Below, piece after piece: positions 1 through 13,797 of a stretch of DNA of 64,000 bases. The notes beneath the pieces are model-generated. The model saw only the letters and a list, made by a program, of their open reading frames with translations, ran no database searches and was not told the DNA's origin. This DNA comes from Lama glama. Its lineage: Eukaryota. Position 1 is the stretch's first letter; the number at the start of each line of letters is the position of its first letter. Position numbers and translations under genes: made by a program. Where the stretch lies: positions 45,076,001-45,140,000 of the forward strand of contig CM052816.1 of the NCBI GenBank assembly GCA_028534125.1, written 5' to 3'.

Positions 1-1416
1 CTTTTCATTGCTATAATTTAGACACCTATTTTACAGTGAAATATTACTCCCAAATAAGACATAAAGAGATTGTTTTCTCTCCAATAAATCTCTATTATTT
101 TTTATTTTTTTCCCCGTAACACCATGACTGGAAGAGTCATTTTTTCCTTAGGATGAGGTTAATATAAAATCTACTTTATTTATTGATTATAGGAAGTTCA
201 GATCTGTTCTGTTATTACAAATTCTTGATTAGACATAACTTTTCTATTCCACTATTTTAGTTCATAAAATTTTTCAGTAGATGCTGCAAATGTTCTTCCA
301 CTTGTTAGAAATATGTTACTACATTTTTATTCTGATGTTTCTGTCTTGCTGGTTAAGTTGGTTACTTGTGATTTGATCTGAGGCTTCCTAGCTGTCCAGT
401 AGGCATTTTAAAAGAATGGTAATCTAAGTATCCACTTTTAAGCAATTTGTTGTAAAATTCTACCACCTTTTAAAATGAACTAAAGATAATTAAGAGAATA
501 AAAAACTTTTAAAACTTTAAATTGGTTCATGGTGTGATTTAATTATTTAACATCTAACCACTTAAGAGGGGGAACAGTCTTAGATTGTATTAAAGCTGTT
601 CTGAATTTTTATATTTTTTTCTGTAAAGGACAGTCAGTGAAAGAAAGAAAAATTATTTGACTTCTTTCCTTCAAAAATGTGTTTTCACACCTAAAGTTTC
701 TGAGGCAGTTTGGATTATTCCATATTTAAATACAAGTAAATGGGTCTTGTCCAAAAGATCTTTCAGTCAAACAAATGTATTAAACCTAACAGTTTGCCTT
801 CCTGTGTCTATTCTTTTTGTTCCTGAGAAGCAACTAGAATATATTCACTTTTATTAAGTGTATGTACATATGAAAGTCACTAAAGAAATAGAGAAGGTGG
901 GGAGCCTCTAGAGCATTTTGGATTCAACACTGCTATTTCTTGATACACAAGTGTATTCCTAGGCCCTTTCTAGGGCTTTACATCCACGAGTTATTACCTC
1001 ACATAAGCACAAAGAACTTCCCAAAGCCTAGAGAAGAGATAAACTGAATTTTTTTTAACAGGATGAAATGGCTCCTTTATAAAAGGAGATCACTGCTATG
1101 AAAATGTTTGCCATAGTAGTGTATTTGAGTTATAAGTACTACTGAGCGCTGAGTAAAAAGCTCCATTCTCTGATAAAATTTATCATTAGCTTTTGTGAAA
1201 GAGAACTATTTGGGCATACCTTTATAAATGTTACTGTTAATCTAGCTGAATAGCAGGTACTTTATAGATAATCCTAGTACCCTTTCTTCCCCATACAAGC
1301 TCTCTATGTTCTTCCTGATTGCATTTCTCAACTCATACTCAAAATCTTTGTCCTATTTGGTATATTCTTACTAGACAATATCAAATAACTGTGTTTTTTT
1401 CCTCTTTTCTTTCTAG

Positions 1417-1473
1417 ATTGATCCAAATCCTGATCAGTCAGCAGATGATAGACCATCCTGCCCGTCTCGTTGA
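1417..1473 (+). CDS. ARRDC3: Final coding exon of arrestin domain-containing protein 3 (alpha-arrestin), C-terminal peptide IDPNPDQSADDRPSCPSR*
   Basis: Strong acceptor (ttttttcctcttttctttctAG, AG at 1415-1416), then a phase-0 frame ATT GAT CCA ... CGT TGA. The peptide matches the recalled ARRDC3 C-terminus that follows the second PPxY motif (...PPPLYSE|IDPNPDQSADDRPSCPSR). Upstream exons lie outside the window. Confidence 0.93.
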   Translation: MDPNPDQSADDRPSCPSR

Positions 1474-4165
1474 AGGAATACTTGGTTAAATCAAGTTGAC
1501 GTGGATTCCGAACTATATCTCTTCCCTTCCCAGCTGAGGACAGAGAAGTATCTTGGAGACATGTTTTCAGAGGAAGTGGAATTGCTTTTGCCCAGAAAAA
1601 TGACAAATACATGAAACAACCAGTGATCATGCTTTAGAAGCCTACAGCAACATTCTGGGACTGCTCCAACATGCTTGAAGATCTAAGCTTTTCTCCTTTA
1701 AACCTGGCACATACTAAGAGCAGTCTTCTTAGCCTATGGTCATACGTGTCAAGACACCATGTTGTAAAGAGGGATGATGTCCTTCTTTTGATTTGAAAAT
1801 TTGCACATGCTCAATGCTTATATTGTGCAGTTCAATGTCACTACAGCTTTTTTTTTCCATTTATGCCAGACTCTTAATACTCTTTTAAAACTTGTTTGTG
1901 GTGAGCACAACAAGGAACAAAAGCTTTGAAAAAAACTTTAACATGAAAAAAACGCACTGACTTTTTTTTTTAATTTAACATAGCCTGGACTTTACCTGCG
2001 TATGCCATGCTCAGAATTGTCCTACTAGGCTGACCATGTATCACCTCTTCAGCTTGGATCCTATTGTGGATTTATTTACAAACATCAAATGCCTTCAAGC
2101 CAATCCTTCTTGCTGTATGTTTTGCAGCCTACTGTAGTAGATACGCAACAGTATGTGGGAAAAGAGATGAGAGGAGGAAGCTAATAAGAGACTTTGTCAA
2201 GATTGTATACCTTCTTGGTTTCTTTTAAGAATTTGTTGCCTTTCTACTATTACAGCAAAGCAGCATTTTGTTACTGACTGCCTAAAATCACTTAATCTCA
2301 GGTGAACGCATCACTTGCCAAACTGTTGGAATGCTATTTGTGTTTTGTTGCACTGTTGAGTTATTTTTTGTTTGTTTGTTTGGTTGGCTTTTTGGAGAGG
2401 GAAATTTGGAAAAGGGACATACACAAAAGTGATAACCCACCCGCATTCCCTTTTTATCGTTACATATAAGAAGAAACTAGCAGAGCTAAGAATGGAGTAA
2501 AGAAAGGCAGTATGGCAGGCACCAGCAAAGAGTTAAGGGCTGTTGCTCTTAAAAATGATTATTTTTCTTATTATTTTAAAAGTATGAAAGTTTTCCAGTC
2601 ACTGGAGAGGAGGAAAAAGTGCATTTATTTTTATACAGAGTTACTTAATTACCTCCAAAACACATATGTTGGAAGTCATTTTTGCTGGTGCAGAGTATTT
2701 TCATGAGCAGGAATATATGTATACGTAGGTTCAGTTTCTGATTAGAGAGCTCAGTGGATACATTTCCTATCCTGCTCAAGCCTGACAGCTTGAAAACCCA
2801 GGCTTATTCTAAAAGTGTGTAACTCCAAAATTACGAATACTACAGTGTGTGCTGGAGTAATAACTTTTATATTTTTGTGGATTTTTTTAATGAAAGTATT
2901 TTTTTCCATTACCTTAAAGAACATTTTGCTAAACATGAGAAATCATTCACTCTCAGTATGTATAGATAAGATAATGAAGAACGAACTCATCGGTAAATTA
3001 CAGCTTGTATTAAAGATAATTTCCAGTTGGCTCATAACAAATATACCAGCATTCATGAAGACACTTAAAACTGCATTTTCCAAGGTACCAAGTGTACTGA
3101 TTGTCTTATTTTAGAAGGAATTCAGCTCTGATGTTTTTTTAATGGACATCAGCATCTCTGATGTTGCAACATATGTGTGAAATGGGTGTTTCAACTATCC
3201 TGCCATTTAACCCCACAGTTAATAAAGTGGCTGAAAATAATAGTAACTCTGGCTTGGTGCTTGACCTGGTTAAATACTGTCTTAAAGCTTCATACAAAAC
3301 AAATAGGCTTTTCCATAAGTGGCCTTTAAGAAAACATGGAAGACAATTCATGTTTGAATAATGCTGACAGGGTGAAGAAAGCCCATGTAAAAATGAATCG
3401 CGTTTTAAGTGATTCGGTTAAAGGGTTTGGGCTCCCGTAGCAAACTAATACTAGATAATAAGGAAATGGGGGTGAAATATTTTTTTATTGTTGTTAAATC
3501 ATTTTGTGAATGTCCCCCTCAAAAGAAGCTAATGGAATATTTGGCATAAAGGGCATTTGGTGGTTTTTTGTTGGGGGTGGGGATTGTCAGAAAATCCCTT
3601 TTCTTTTCCTCTTATGTCTAACTGACTAGGGAACAATTGTTGATATGCATAGCATTGGAATACTTATCACTATATACTCTTATGAATAACACATGAGGAA
3701 AGAATGACCAATATTCTGGTAATTGGCACTGGGTCACAAAATAAAATGTGATAAAATTTTAAATATATAAAACTTTATCAAATAAAGTTTTATTTTCCCC
3801 ATTAAAGTATTCCTTTACTTTCTTATTTTTAGAGGCATTACTCCTTTCTAAATATTGGTCACTTCTTGATACAAGATGTGAGGTTCACAGTTGTATTCCA
3901 GTATTCAAGATAGATTCCTGATTTTTCAATTAAGGAGAGTAAAATCCAAAATGTTAGCAAAACAAAGTGCAATATTAAATGTTTGCTTTATAGATTATAT
4001 TCTATGGCTGTTTGTAATTTCTTTTTTTTTTTCTTTTTTATTTGGTGCTGAATATGTCCTTGTAGGCTGTTTTAAGAAAACAATATGTGGGAAATGATTT
4101 AATTTTTCCTATTGCTCTTCCTTGTGGAAAATAAAGTGTTTTGGTTTTTTTCCTTTTTGTAAAAT
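1474..4165 (+). other. ARRDC3: ARRDC3 3'UTR (~2.7 kb, repeat-free, U-rich)
   Basis: Follows the stop codon and has no recognisable TE. AATAAA occurs at 3221, 3781 and 4130, the last followed by a GU/U-rich tract. The 3' end is approximate. Confidence 0.85.
4130..4135 (+). terminator. Likely distal polyadenylation signal of ARRDC3
   Basis: AATAAA followed by gtgttttggtttttttcctttttg. Confidence 0.65.
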
Positions 4166-5259
4166 TGTTTGGAGATTTATTTGAATCTCGATCATAGTAA
4201 CTCAGTATACATGCAAACACTGTTAAGACTACAATTAAACTCTTATTTTAAGCCTTTCTGGTTAAGAATTTTTTTTAGATTTCTCCTAAAGAAAATGATT
4301 GAAGGCTTAAAGGAATTTTTAATATAAATAATCATTGTTTTTCTTAATATTTCATTAAGCTGTGAAGCTTTTTTAATAAAACTTAAATATATAAATTTCC
4401 ATCTTATATGTGAACCAAACTTACCCAGATAAAGTAGTTTCAGGTACCAGCTTCTTCTTGCTGTGCTGAGTCTTGTTTCTGGTATTTCAAGAGCACATAA
4501 ATTTAAAAGTTATATTAATTACTTTAATCTTACGAAAACACAATTTTTCTAAATTTTAAAAAAGTAAATATTTTTTTCCAATGTCTGAATTTTATAGTGA
4601 TTTGTAACACTGAGAAGTACTTCTGGAATCACATTTAGAGATTATCTTCTTTCAGTGTTACTAAATTCGTGGATGAGCTATCAAGTTGTATACGTGCCTT
4701 ACAATAGGATTCTCCCCTATTCTCAAATGTATATACACGTAGAAAAAGAAATGTTACAAAGACATTTAGACAAAAAACATTTTAAATCAATTTTATGGAA
4801 ACACATTGTCATCTTTGTTAACTTAGAGCCAGCAATCTATATACAATGTCATAATACGGAATAAAAATAGAGGAAAAAGAATTAAAGCATGAGAAGGGGA
4901 AACTCGGTTCTGGGTTCTGTAACTTTAGATGGAGCCTTGAAGATGTGTGAATTTTGACTTCATGCACAAAGTGAAAAAGTAGCTATCCAAAGTCCTTTTC
5001 ATAATTGAAGGTTTGAGGTTATAATACCTCTTTAGATAAAGAAATGATGCTCTATGTCAATTATTAAGACATTGGAAATTAGCCATGTTGCCTCTAAGTT
5101 TGCATCAATACTTTTAGACTGAGTTCAGTACATGTCTCAAGTTATATAAAGGTGACAGTTATCTCGATCTGCTTTTGCAGTAAATCACCTATACTTATCA
5201 AACTCCCCTTGTCATTAATTATAATTTATTGAATGGCCAACCTTGGTATATTTATCAGG

Positions 5260-5640
5260 ACTTTTCGATTATAACAGAGGGAGAAACTCAGATTAGCTTA
5301 AGGTAAAATGTATAAACTAGTAATTCCAGGGATAAACTATATTAAGGACATTTGGACCCAGAAGTCCAGATAATGTGCTGGGGACACATTCGCTTTTCAT
5401 CATCTCTGTTCTCTTACCCTGTTTCTTATTAACATTATTCTTTCCTATCTGCCTTAAACTCTTCCATGTTAGGCCAGGAAAGATGACCCCATCTCTTATA
5501 GCTCACAGAAGAAATGCTATCTCAAGCCTCCAAATCACTTGTTAGGAGAAATCCTGATTGACTAAAACATGGGTCATGTTTCATGCTACATAGAATGGAT
5601 TTCCCAGTAGAGAGAGTTCTACTTCCAGAAGGAAGAAAAG
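5260..5640 (-). mobile_element. Old MaLR LTR fragment (MLT1K/L-like)
   Basis: Motifs such as aactcagattagcttaagg and cctgattgactaaaacatgggtcatg resemble reverse-strand old MLT1. Confidence 0.45.
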
Positions 5641-5659
5641 AGGTCACTATACTATGTAT

Positions 5660-5810
5660 TTCAAGTGCTGCCCAAACCAGCTGCAATGGCATCACCTGGG
5701 AGCTCATTAGAAAAGCAGAATATCAAGATCTATCCCAGAATGTCGACCAAACACCTCTTTACATGATTCCCAGGTGATTTTTTAAGTGCAGCAAAGTTTG
5801 AGAAACGGCA
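5660..5810. mobile_element. MER5-like hAT-Charlie MITE
   Basis: gcatcacctgggagctcattagaaaagcagaat ... cccaggtgatt ... aaagtttgagaaac. Confidence 0.75.
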
Positions 5811-7050
5811 GCACACAAAAATAGTAAGAGATGCAAACACTAAATAGGCAACTCCATATTCATGAATCCTAAGCTGTAACTGAGCTGAGGATTTGGTGCA
5901 CTTAATAAGTGAAAAATACTCTCGCCATTTTAAATCCCAAAGCATATTTATGACTTGATGTTTTTGAGATAGCACTTTGTAACCACTGAGATGGTGGCAG
6001 TTATACCTTCAGAACTCCTGTGTCAACAACCAGCATTTCTCAAAGCTTCCACGACTGAATGATGAAATATTTTGCCTTTTCATTCCTTGATATCAAATCA
6101 ATACAGAGGGGAAATGTATTTTTTGATTCATGAGAAAAAATTATTGATGTAAGAAAATTTATTTTGACTTTTGAGGAAATGTAAGTCTGCAATCCTTTGA
6201 AGAAAAGAAGTTCTAGGAACGTAACTAGGAGATGTAAACACATGAATACAGAAAGGACACCTCAAAGCCAAGAAAACTAGTAGCTTAAAAATCCAAAAGC
6301 ACATGCCCAACTGGAAATAGATCCAGTATCAACTGTCTTTGATGAACAGCACAAAGGTAAACATAGAAGGAAAAGATTTTATTTTTTCAAACTAGCTTCA
6401 CAGATACCAGTTTATACAAACAATGTCAAGAAATTATATAGAGCCAAAAAACAATAAGTTACTTTATAGTAGTTTCTAGCATTTATATATTAAAAGTATA
6501 TAGCCTAATGTGATTCAAGAAAACAAATATTTATGACGTGTATATTAAGAACTTCTAATACATCATAGGTAATTCTAACTGGAAGTGGATTTTTGCTAGT
6601 TTTAAATTCAAGACTTACCTAAGTTCTCAACACTAATTTCAAATCCAAACAAAATACTTATTACTTTTGGCACTGGTAAGTCTCTAGGAACATTAATAAC
6701 GTTAAAATAATGAGCTAGAACATCACTTTGTATAATTTAGAGGTCTGTTTACTAGTTACACAGAACAGTCTTACCAGTGAACAGAAAGACGTGAATGATT
6801 ATACTCTCCTAATGTTTAACCTTATAAGATGATTATTAATTTTGTCAACTCCTAAGCCTAACAGTGATGATACAACTAATGGAAGTCAAAGTATTACACT
6901 GTTACTGCTTTAGATGTTATAAATTTTTGCCAAAAGGAAAAGCTATCTGATCCTTACAGGAACTTGAATTTATTACGTCATTTCTGTGAGATAACTTAAA
7001 GATAGAAATGCAAAAAAATTGTTACAATAAGCAGCGAGTTTCTGCCTTAC

Positions 7051-7076
7051 ATACACACACACACACACGCACACAC
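7051..7076. repeat. (CA)n microsatellite, imperfect
   Basis: Seen directly. Confidence 0.9.
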
Positions 7077-7540
7077 TGTTTTAAAGGAAATCAACATTTC
7101 CACCTTCTAGTTCAAAGCCCACTTTTATAATCTAAACATTTTAGCAGGTCTGAATGCTGAGAAGAAGTATTCAAGATGTTAAGAATAATTAGAAAATAAT
7201 AGGAAACTAAGATATAGCACAAGCAACATGCAAACAAAAAGTATGCTGGCATCCATAAAAGCATACCCAGAACCTACAACCACAAAATCCACATGCATTC
7301 TTCACCAAATTGTTAATCCCAAAATTCCAAAAGCAGAGGAGAAAACGTCCCCCGCCAACCCCTCACCCCTTCACTATTTTTCCTCCCACTTGGAAAGCCA
7401 ATTCTACAAAAACCCTTGTGAAGAAACAGCCACAGGACTACATGCAATGGACAAATGCCTCAGGCTGGTGAGCTTTTATGAATGCCTTGAGCAGACAAAT
7501 CTGGAAAAACCAAATAAATTGTCTCATTACATTTCCCCCT

Positions 7541-8013
7541 ATGTTCGTTTCCTATCGCTGCCCTAACAAAGGACCACAAATCAGGAAACTTAACCGAAAT
7601 GTACTCACTCACAGTTCCGAAGGCTAGAAGGACACAAAATCAAAGCAGGGCCATGTTCCCTATGAAGCTTGTAGAGGAAAATCTTTCCTTGCCTCTTGCT
7701 TCCAGTGGTCGCTGGCAGTCTTTGGCATTCCTTGGCTTGCAGATGCATCCCTGGAATTTTTGCCTCTGTTATCTAATGGACATCTCCTCCCCGTGTATCT
7801 CTTTCTCTTCACGTGGCAGTCTTCTCTCTGACTCCCTCTTCTTTCCATTAGGACACAGTCATCTTGGATCAAGGGCCCACCCTATTTCCTGTATGACCGT
7901 ATTGTATTAACTATTACATCTGCAATAACTCTTTTCCAAATAAGACCACATTCTGAGATGCTAGGGATTAGAGCTTCAACATATCTTTTTGGGAGATGCA
8001 ATCCAACCCAAAA
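7541..8013 (-). mobile_element. MaLR solo LTR (MLT1B/C/D-like)
   Basis: gtttcctatcgctgccctaacaaaggaccacaaa ... cacagttccgaaggctagaag ... ccaaataagaccacattctgag ... cttcaacatatc. Confidence 0.85.
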
Positions 8014-11000
8014 TACCTTCCTCTCCTCCCTCCAAAAATGAAACCATAATAATAATGTAGTATTTATATGGAAAGTCTACCTATTTAGGGCACATATAGT
8101 TAGCTATTCCTCACTTTATAGAGATTTAGTCCTAAAATGTAAAAACTGTAAAATCAGATTAGATCAAAGGAAACTCCACCTTTTCTTTCTTTTTTTCCTT
8201 TTGGCCTGATGAGATACTGTGTAACTCTCAACTTCAAGTTTGTGCATTTTATTTCAGTCAACAGTAAGCAAGCACTCATCTGGGAGAAAAGAAACCTGAG
8301 TTCTGGTCCACAGACACTAAGTGACTGAACTTGAACAAGCCATTTGAGTTTTCTGGGGCCCCATTTCCTGTTTCCTCATTTAAGAAACAAAGGTCTTTGG
8401 GGGCCCTCACAGCAATATCTTTCTACTTAGAATACCTGATATAATTGAGTGAAAATACTATAGCTTTGTGTTCAGGCTCAGGTCTTCAGGACTTTCTGTT
8501 CTTGTAAAATTTATAATTTCACTATATTTAAACCAATATTGTAACTTAAAAGTGACATAATTGAATTGCACTCTAAAAAATTGTTAGTGGTAGTACATAG
8601 GCCACTACTTTATTTCAAAACAGTAAAACTCACCATGTTCTTTTAAAGGTAGCCACAATATCATCTAATATATTACCACTGTGTTTTACAAAGCACACTG
8701 TGTCAGGAATCCAGAATTCCAGATCCCAGTCTTCCTATAGCCAGATGATAACAGTGCAAACTGTTCTCTCGACCTCAGTTTCTTCATTCTTATCATCAGA
8801 AGTGAAACTTTTCCATACTGTCTGCAATTTCTTCTAGACAAATTGTCAACCTCTTATTCAATGAGTATGAAATTCATGTGAGATTCTGCTGTTAGAATGC
8901 CACATAATTGAACTATGTGATTTGGGATTGGTTTTATTTACACATAAGTCTCTTTCTTACTTAAGGTAGCAAGAATCTTCCCAATTCTAACATCAAGATG
9001 TGCATCTTCACCTAGCATTGAGTGATTTTAATATACATTCCCAATGCTAAGACAGAGATAGAATTTTTACAACTTCAGGATATGACTGTTACATAAGAAA
9101 TAGATGTCATCATATAAAATTTATGACAGCAAACATTAATTCATAGGAAGAGCAGTTGTGTCTTAGTTTAAGAGTCAGAAGGGAATAAAACTTCTTCTGA
9201 GGAAGATTTGGCTAATAATCAGGAGTGTATACAAAGTCACCTGCCTGCTTATTTATGGTGAAGATACTGGTGACCCTGGTTTACATAAAGGAGGGAGGAA
9301 GGTGATAAGACAAGTCAGTCAAAACATTCCCTTGAAGGGAAGTTGAATAGTTCTCTGTGCATATTAATGTTGTTTACTTCAAAGATAATCTCCATTTTAA
9401 GTGTTAACACTAGATTCTTTCAAGAGGAGAAAGCAAACCTGGGATATTTCCATCTGGGACAATGTACCAGGTAGAAAAACTTGGGAAAAAATCACTATAA
9501 AGTTTTGGCTACAATCCCCACTTACTACACAGTGAAATTTGCTTCCAAAATACCTTGGGCTCCGCGCTAATTGGAATACAACATAATAGAGTTTTGTTAC
9601 CTTAGGGTATTATCTACACCATTCTATGCTCTTTGACAGTTAGCTTTCTTGATTCAATAAAGGAGAAGAAAATTGTTCCAATTTAAGGAAAACCTATTAA
9701 CTGGCTTAGTTCTCTGAGGTACTGTTCTTCAGTACGCTGAAGCACTAGCTTAAAAATAGCATTATACAAATCGAAAAGCTCTGACCAGGTAGAATCTGGA
9801 ATATATATTCCTAAAGTAGGGGGAAGATTGTATGTCTGTCTGTCTGCCTTAATCTTCTTTTCCCTAAGCCCATGTAGAGCAATTTGCGAAGCAGAGAAAT
9901 GGCACACGCATATGTTTCTTTGGCCTGTCTTTTAAATACCATGCTACGAAGCTCCGACAATGTATTGGATACTATGTGAGGTCTCGTTATGTATATGATC
10001 TTGTTCCTCCTTACAGCCGCTTTCAAAGATAGTTCTTATGTGTAGTATTTTTCAGTTGGGGAAACCATTTCCAAGAAAGGCTGGGCAACTTTCTCAAATC
10101 ACACACCTATCAAATTAAAGACCAGTGATTCACATCCAGGATTGTCTCTGGATTTAAAGCCCTGCTGGCCTTTGACCATAATGCTACACATAGTATTAAT
10201 TAACCCGTTGTCTGAGCCAAGGCTTTGTCTTCAGAAAGCCCCCAGTTGGCATCAGAGTCGTTCATCCTCACCAGGACACCTCAAGAACTGGACACGAGAA
10301 TGGTAAACATTGCCAGGAGGAGGGCAGAAGAGGCTGGGGGATCTAAAATACTGGGTGTGATTGTGAAGAGCATGAGCTCCTAACAGAGGACAGAAATGTA
10401 AAGGCAGACCACTACACGCTGTCTTCACAGAGGTAACCAAGGCCCGACTGTCAGCAGCAGCTGCTGGTACGGGGAGAAAGGTCAGTGAGACCAGAACTGC
10501 CAAGGGGGTGGGGGGTGGCCAAGGTAAGCCAGGAGACAGTACCTGATTCCAAGGGGAAAACTAGGTCACAGCACAGTGCCGTGCTCTCCCAGGCTCCTTG
10601 CCCACTGGGAATGCCTCGGTGAATGTACCTGGACTCGTCTGACAGTCAGATGACTCCTCTGAAAACTGAGCTAATTAATCCCTTCATGGGATGAGAGAAT
10701 CATTTCAGCTAATCATTTCTTCAGTGGATGAGTAATAAATAGGGCTCACCACACTCACTTAAATGGCGGTGGGAAGCTGCTTGACTTCAAAACATTCATG
10801 ATGCACACTAGGCATTTAGGATTTGAAACTTCTAACATTCAGTCATTCAATTATCAAGCCAACCAAAACATGTTCATTTTATATAGCACTAAATTCTGTG
10901 TCTACCCTGAGAAAATGAGAACAAAATTCATTCAATTTTCAATAGTCTTATACCACCATTCTATTTGCTATTGTGAGATCCTTCAGGGTGGTGATGACGG

Positions 11001-11089
11001 CTGTTAGCTCTTTGCTTTCCATACATCTCTCTACATTCTTCTTCAAAGCAATCTTTCATTTCCTTAGCTTCGGTTATCAACTCCATGAT

Positions 11090-11470
11090 AATGTCTCAAA
11101 TAATCATTATCTCTGGTCTGGTCCTGCTTTTTCTCATCTCTTTGCCTTTGTTTTCCAAGACATTAACAGATATTTTACTTAGTAAATTCTTCAGTTCCTA
11201 AAAACTGATACTTCTAACATGAACTCATCTTTCCCCATGGACCTAACCCCCTCCACAACCATACCTTCCCTTTGTCTGGATTTTCTGATCTCTGTTATAG
11301 AACTACTCTTCTCACTCATTCACTTCATGCCAATCAGCTGTGAATTTTTTTTCAGTCTTCTTTGTAAGAACTTTGTGGTCCCTGTCCCTGTCCCTCCATT
11401 CCCACTGCTACCCTCCTGGTCTAGGTTTTTATGCTGTCACACATTTCTTACTTTCTTCCACCAATTTTAA
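11090..11470 (+). mobile_element. L2 LINE fragment
   Basis: Degenerate pyrimidine-rich L2 3' region (catgaactcatcttccc, ccactgctaccctcctggtctagg). Confidence 0.55.
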
Positions 11471-11504
11471 AATAGAACTGGAGTCTTGACTGAGTGATGC
11501 CTGA

Positions 11505-11819
11505 AGAAGGGAATTAAGGGTAAATGAGGCCATAAGAGTGGGACTCCGTTCTGATAGGACTATGGCCTTATCAGAAGAGGAAGAGAGGTCTCTCCCTATG
11601 TCTTTCCCTTTCTTCCTCTCTCTTTCTCTCTATTATCCACGTGAGGAAGCAAAAAGGCAGTCATAGGCAAGCCAGGAAGAAAGTTCTCCCCAGAATCCAA
11701 ACATGCTGGCACCCTGATCTTGAACTTCCCAACCTCCAGAAATGTGACAAATAAATTTCTGTTGTTTAAGCCACCCAGTCTATCTTATTTTGTTATGGCA
11801 GCCTGAGCTGACTAAGATA
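11505..11819 (+). mobile_element. MaLR LTR (MLT1A-like), 3' part
   Basis: ctggcaccctgatcttgaacttcccaacctccagaaatgtgacaaataaatttctgttgtttaagccacccagtct ... gctgactaagata. Confidence 0.85.
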
Positions 11820-12099
11820 GGCACTGAGAAAAATTGGTGTTAACAATATCACTTTCCTTAACCTTTTACAATTAAGGTTTCATCCTTATAAGGAAAAGAG
11901 AAGGGCTACCATATGAAGTATTTTTTTTTCTATATGTGAAGTAACAAATGAAAAGATAATCATAATTAATGAAGGTTCTTCTTGGCTAAACTTCTAAAGA
12001 GGGTGCCTCTATCCAGCTTTCTACCCCTCCTTCACAGAAACAGTTTTCCCTATCCCACACCTTTTAGCCATGAGGTATGAATGAACTAGTAAAGAGTAA

Positions 12100-12510
12100 G
12101 CCTTGGTTGACTTAGTCTTGTTACCATGGCACAGTAAAGCCTTCAAGGATTGGTAAATGACCCAGTGCTGACCAGAGGGATGTAAGAAGAGTTTTACAAA
12201 AATTTCTGGGAAACTTCTTGCTTTCAACAAATAGTTGTCAGGACAGATATTCTCTCTTCCACAGGAAGTTGGTGTGGGTGGAATTACCTTGACTGTTTAT
12301 TTACTGAGTAGGAAGGCAGGCTAAACATGAAGCAGACCCAAGAGAGGGGCAGAGCTGAGAGATTCGAGAAGAGAAATAGAACTGGAGTCTTGATTGGGTG
12401 ACGCCTGAAGCCCAACCTCCCCCTGCACTTTTTGGTTCTGTGAGCTTGTAAATGTTCTTCGTTGCCACTGAGAGGCTGGCCTTCAATTACTTGTAACAAG
12501 AAACATCTTT
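12100..12510 (+). mobile_element. Old MaLR LTR (MLT1J/K-like)
   Basis: atgacccagtgctgacc ... gcctgaagcc ... ttacttgtaacaagaaacatc. Confidence 0.5.
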
Positions 12511-13134
12511 CTTATAGAAAGGATAGGTAAGTCCATTACAATCAGGAAATTATTATTCACAGGAAAAAATTCAGACCTTTTCACTCTGCATCACCATCTG
12601 ACCCAATTCATCCCCCAAATGCTTTGTAAGGACATTTATTCTTACTCTCCAATACCTATCTCTGTGAGTGCTGGCCCATCACGCAGCCTGAGGCACTTTA
12701 CTCCAGGTACACTAAATGGAAATTACATAAATTTGTCCTCGCAGAACGAAGTAAAGTCTCTGATAAAATAAGTAGAACAACATAATGAACAATTGAAGAA
12801 GCAATGCAAAGGTGTATATTAGGCAGACCGAAACTCCACTGAGAAGAGTAGAGGGATTATTATAAAACCACTGAAGACAGCTGGAGTCCCACTGTCTCAG
12901 CAGCAGAATGGGAGTCAGCAATGTCAAAATGAGGAAACCAGTTGCAAGCACAGAAAGCCCAGATTCATGTATTTTTGTCCTGGTTGGATAAATACACTCT
13001 AGCTAAACTCTGTGCTAGTTCAGGGGTCAAAAGCCTAATTCTTTAAACATTATTTTCAGTGGGAAAAGTTCAAAGAGGATCTAATGACTACAGATTAAGA
13101 CCTATGGAGGAAAGTTTAAAATCAGGATAAGGTA

Positions 13135-13345
13135 GCCCAGAGATCATAAAATCAAATGCTGTCTGTGACCAGGTAGGTGGAGTCTGTGAGTGAACTGTGA
13201 GCAGTAGGGGTGGAGAGGACAGAGGACCAGTGCTGTATCTAAAGTGCACAAAGAACATAGGGACTGCTCAGCTCCAGATGATTGTTGCCCTATAGAAACA
13301 GTACCCTTGTGTTGTCAGATTTTCGTTTTTTCAAGAGAAGCTAGA
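13135..13345. mobile_element. hAT MITE fragment (MER45-like)
   Basis: ctcagctccagatgattgttgcc ... gtgttgtcagattttcgttttttcaagagaagctagaaa. Confidence 0.5.
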
Positions 13346-13639
13346 AACATGTTCATATGGAGTGTGTGCGTGTATGTGTGTGTGTGTGCGTAAAACCAAC
13401 TAATCAAAAAAAAAATTCACTGTTCAGTCTAGAAAAAGGAAAGAAGGAAAAAAGAAAGTCAGCGAGCTATTTCTCTGAATTATCCCTTAGAGAAGTCATC
13501 TTCCAGGAGCCTGAGGAGCAGATCATCTGAGTGTCATTTTCAAACTGCGTTCAAGTCTCCCCTCCGCACACATAAGACCTGCCTGCGCAGGCAGCAGGTA
13601 CGCGTCATTAGGCAGAAAAGCCAGGCCCACCCCGAACAG

Positions 13640-13797
13640 GGCTTCCTTAGGCCAAAGTGCAAATGAGAGTCCCTGGGGATCTGGTTAAAATGCAGACTCT
13701 GACTCAAGTCCGGTCTGGGGCAGAGCCTGAGATTCACATTTCTAAGGAACTCGGCTGCTGTTGCGATGTTGCTGGTGCACACTTTGAGTAGGCAAGA
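13640..13797. mobile_element. MER5A1-like MITE
   Basis: cctggggatctggttaaaatgcagactctgactc ... ggtctggggcagagcctgagattcacatttctaa. Confidence 0.8.

Noticed and set aside
1328..1630. 100-aa minus-strand ORF over the ARRDC3 last exon
   Set aside because: Antisense shadow ORF crossing an intron/exon boundary, with no recognisable domain.
9683..9810. Minus-strand acceptor plus protein-like terminal frame GIYIPDSTWSELFDLYNAIFKLVLQRTEEQYLRELSQLIGFP*
   Set aside because: No recognised homology and no consistent upstream exon chain, so it is probably chance. A tBLASTn would settle it.
12712..12951. Hydrophobic 79-aa minus-strand ORF resembling a membrane microprotein
   Set aside because: Non-ATG start, and the hydrophobicity follows from a T-rich strand. 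No promoter or splice support.
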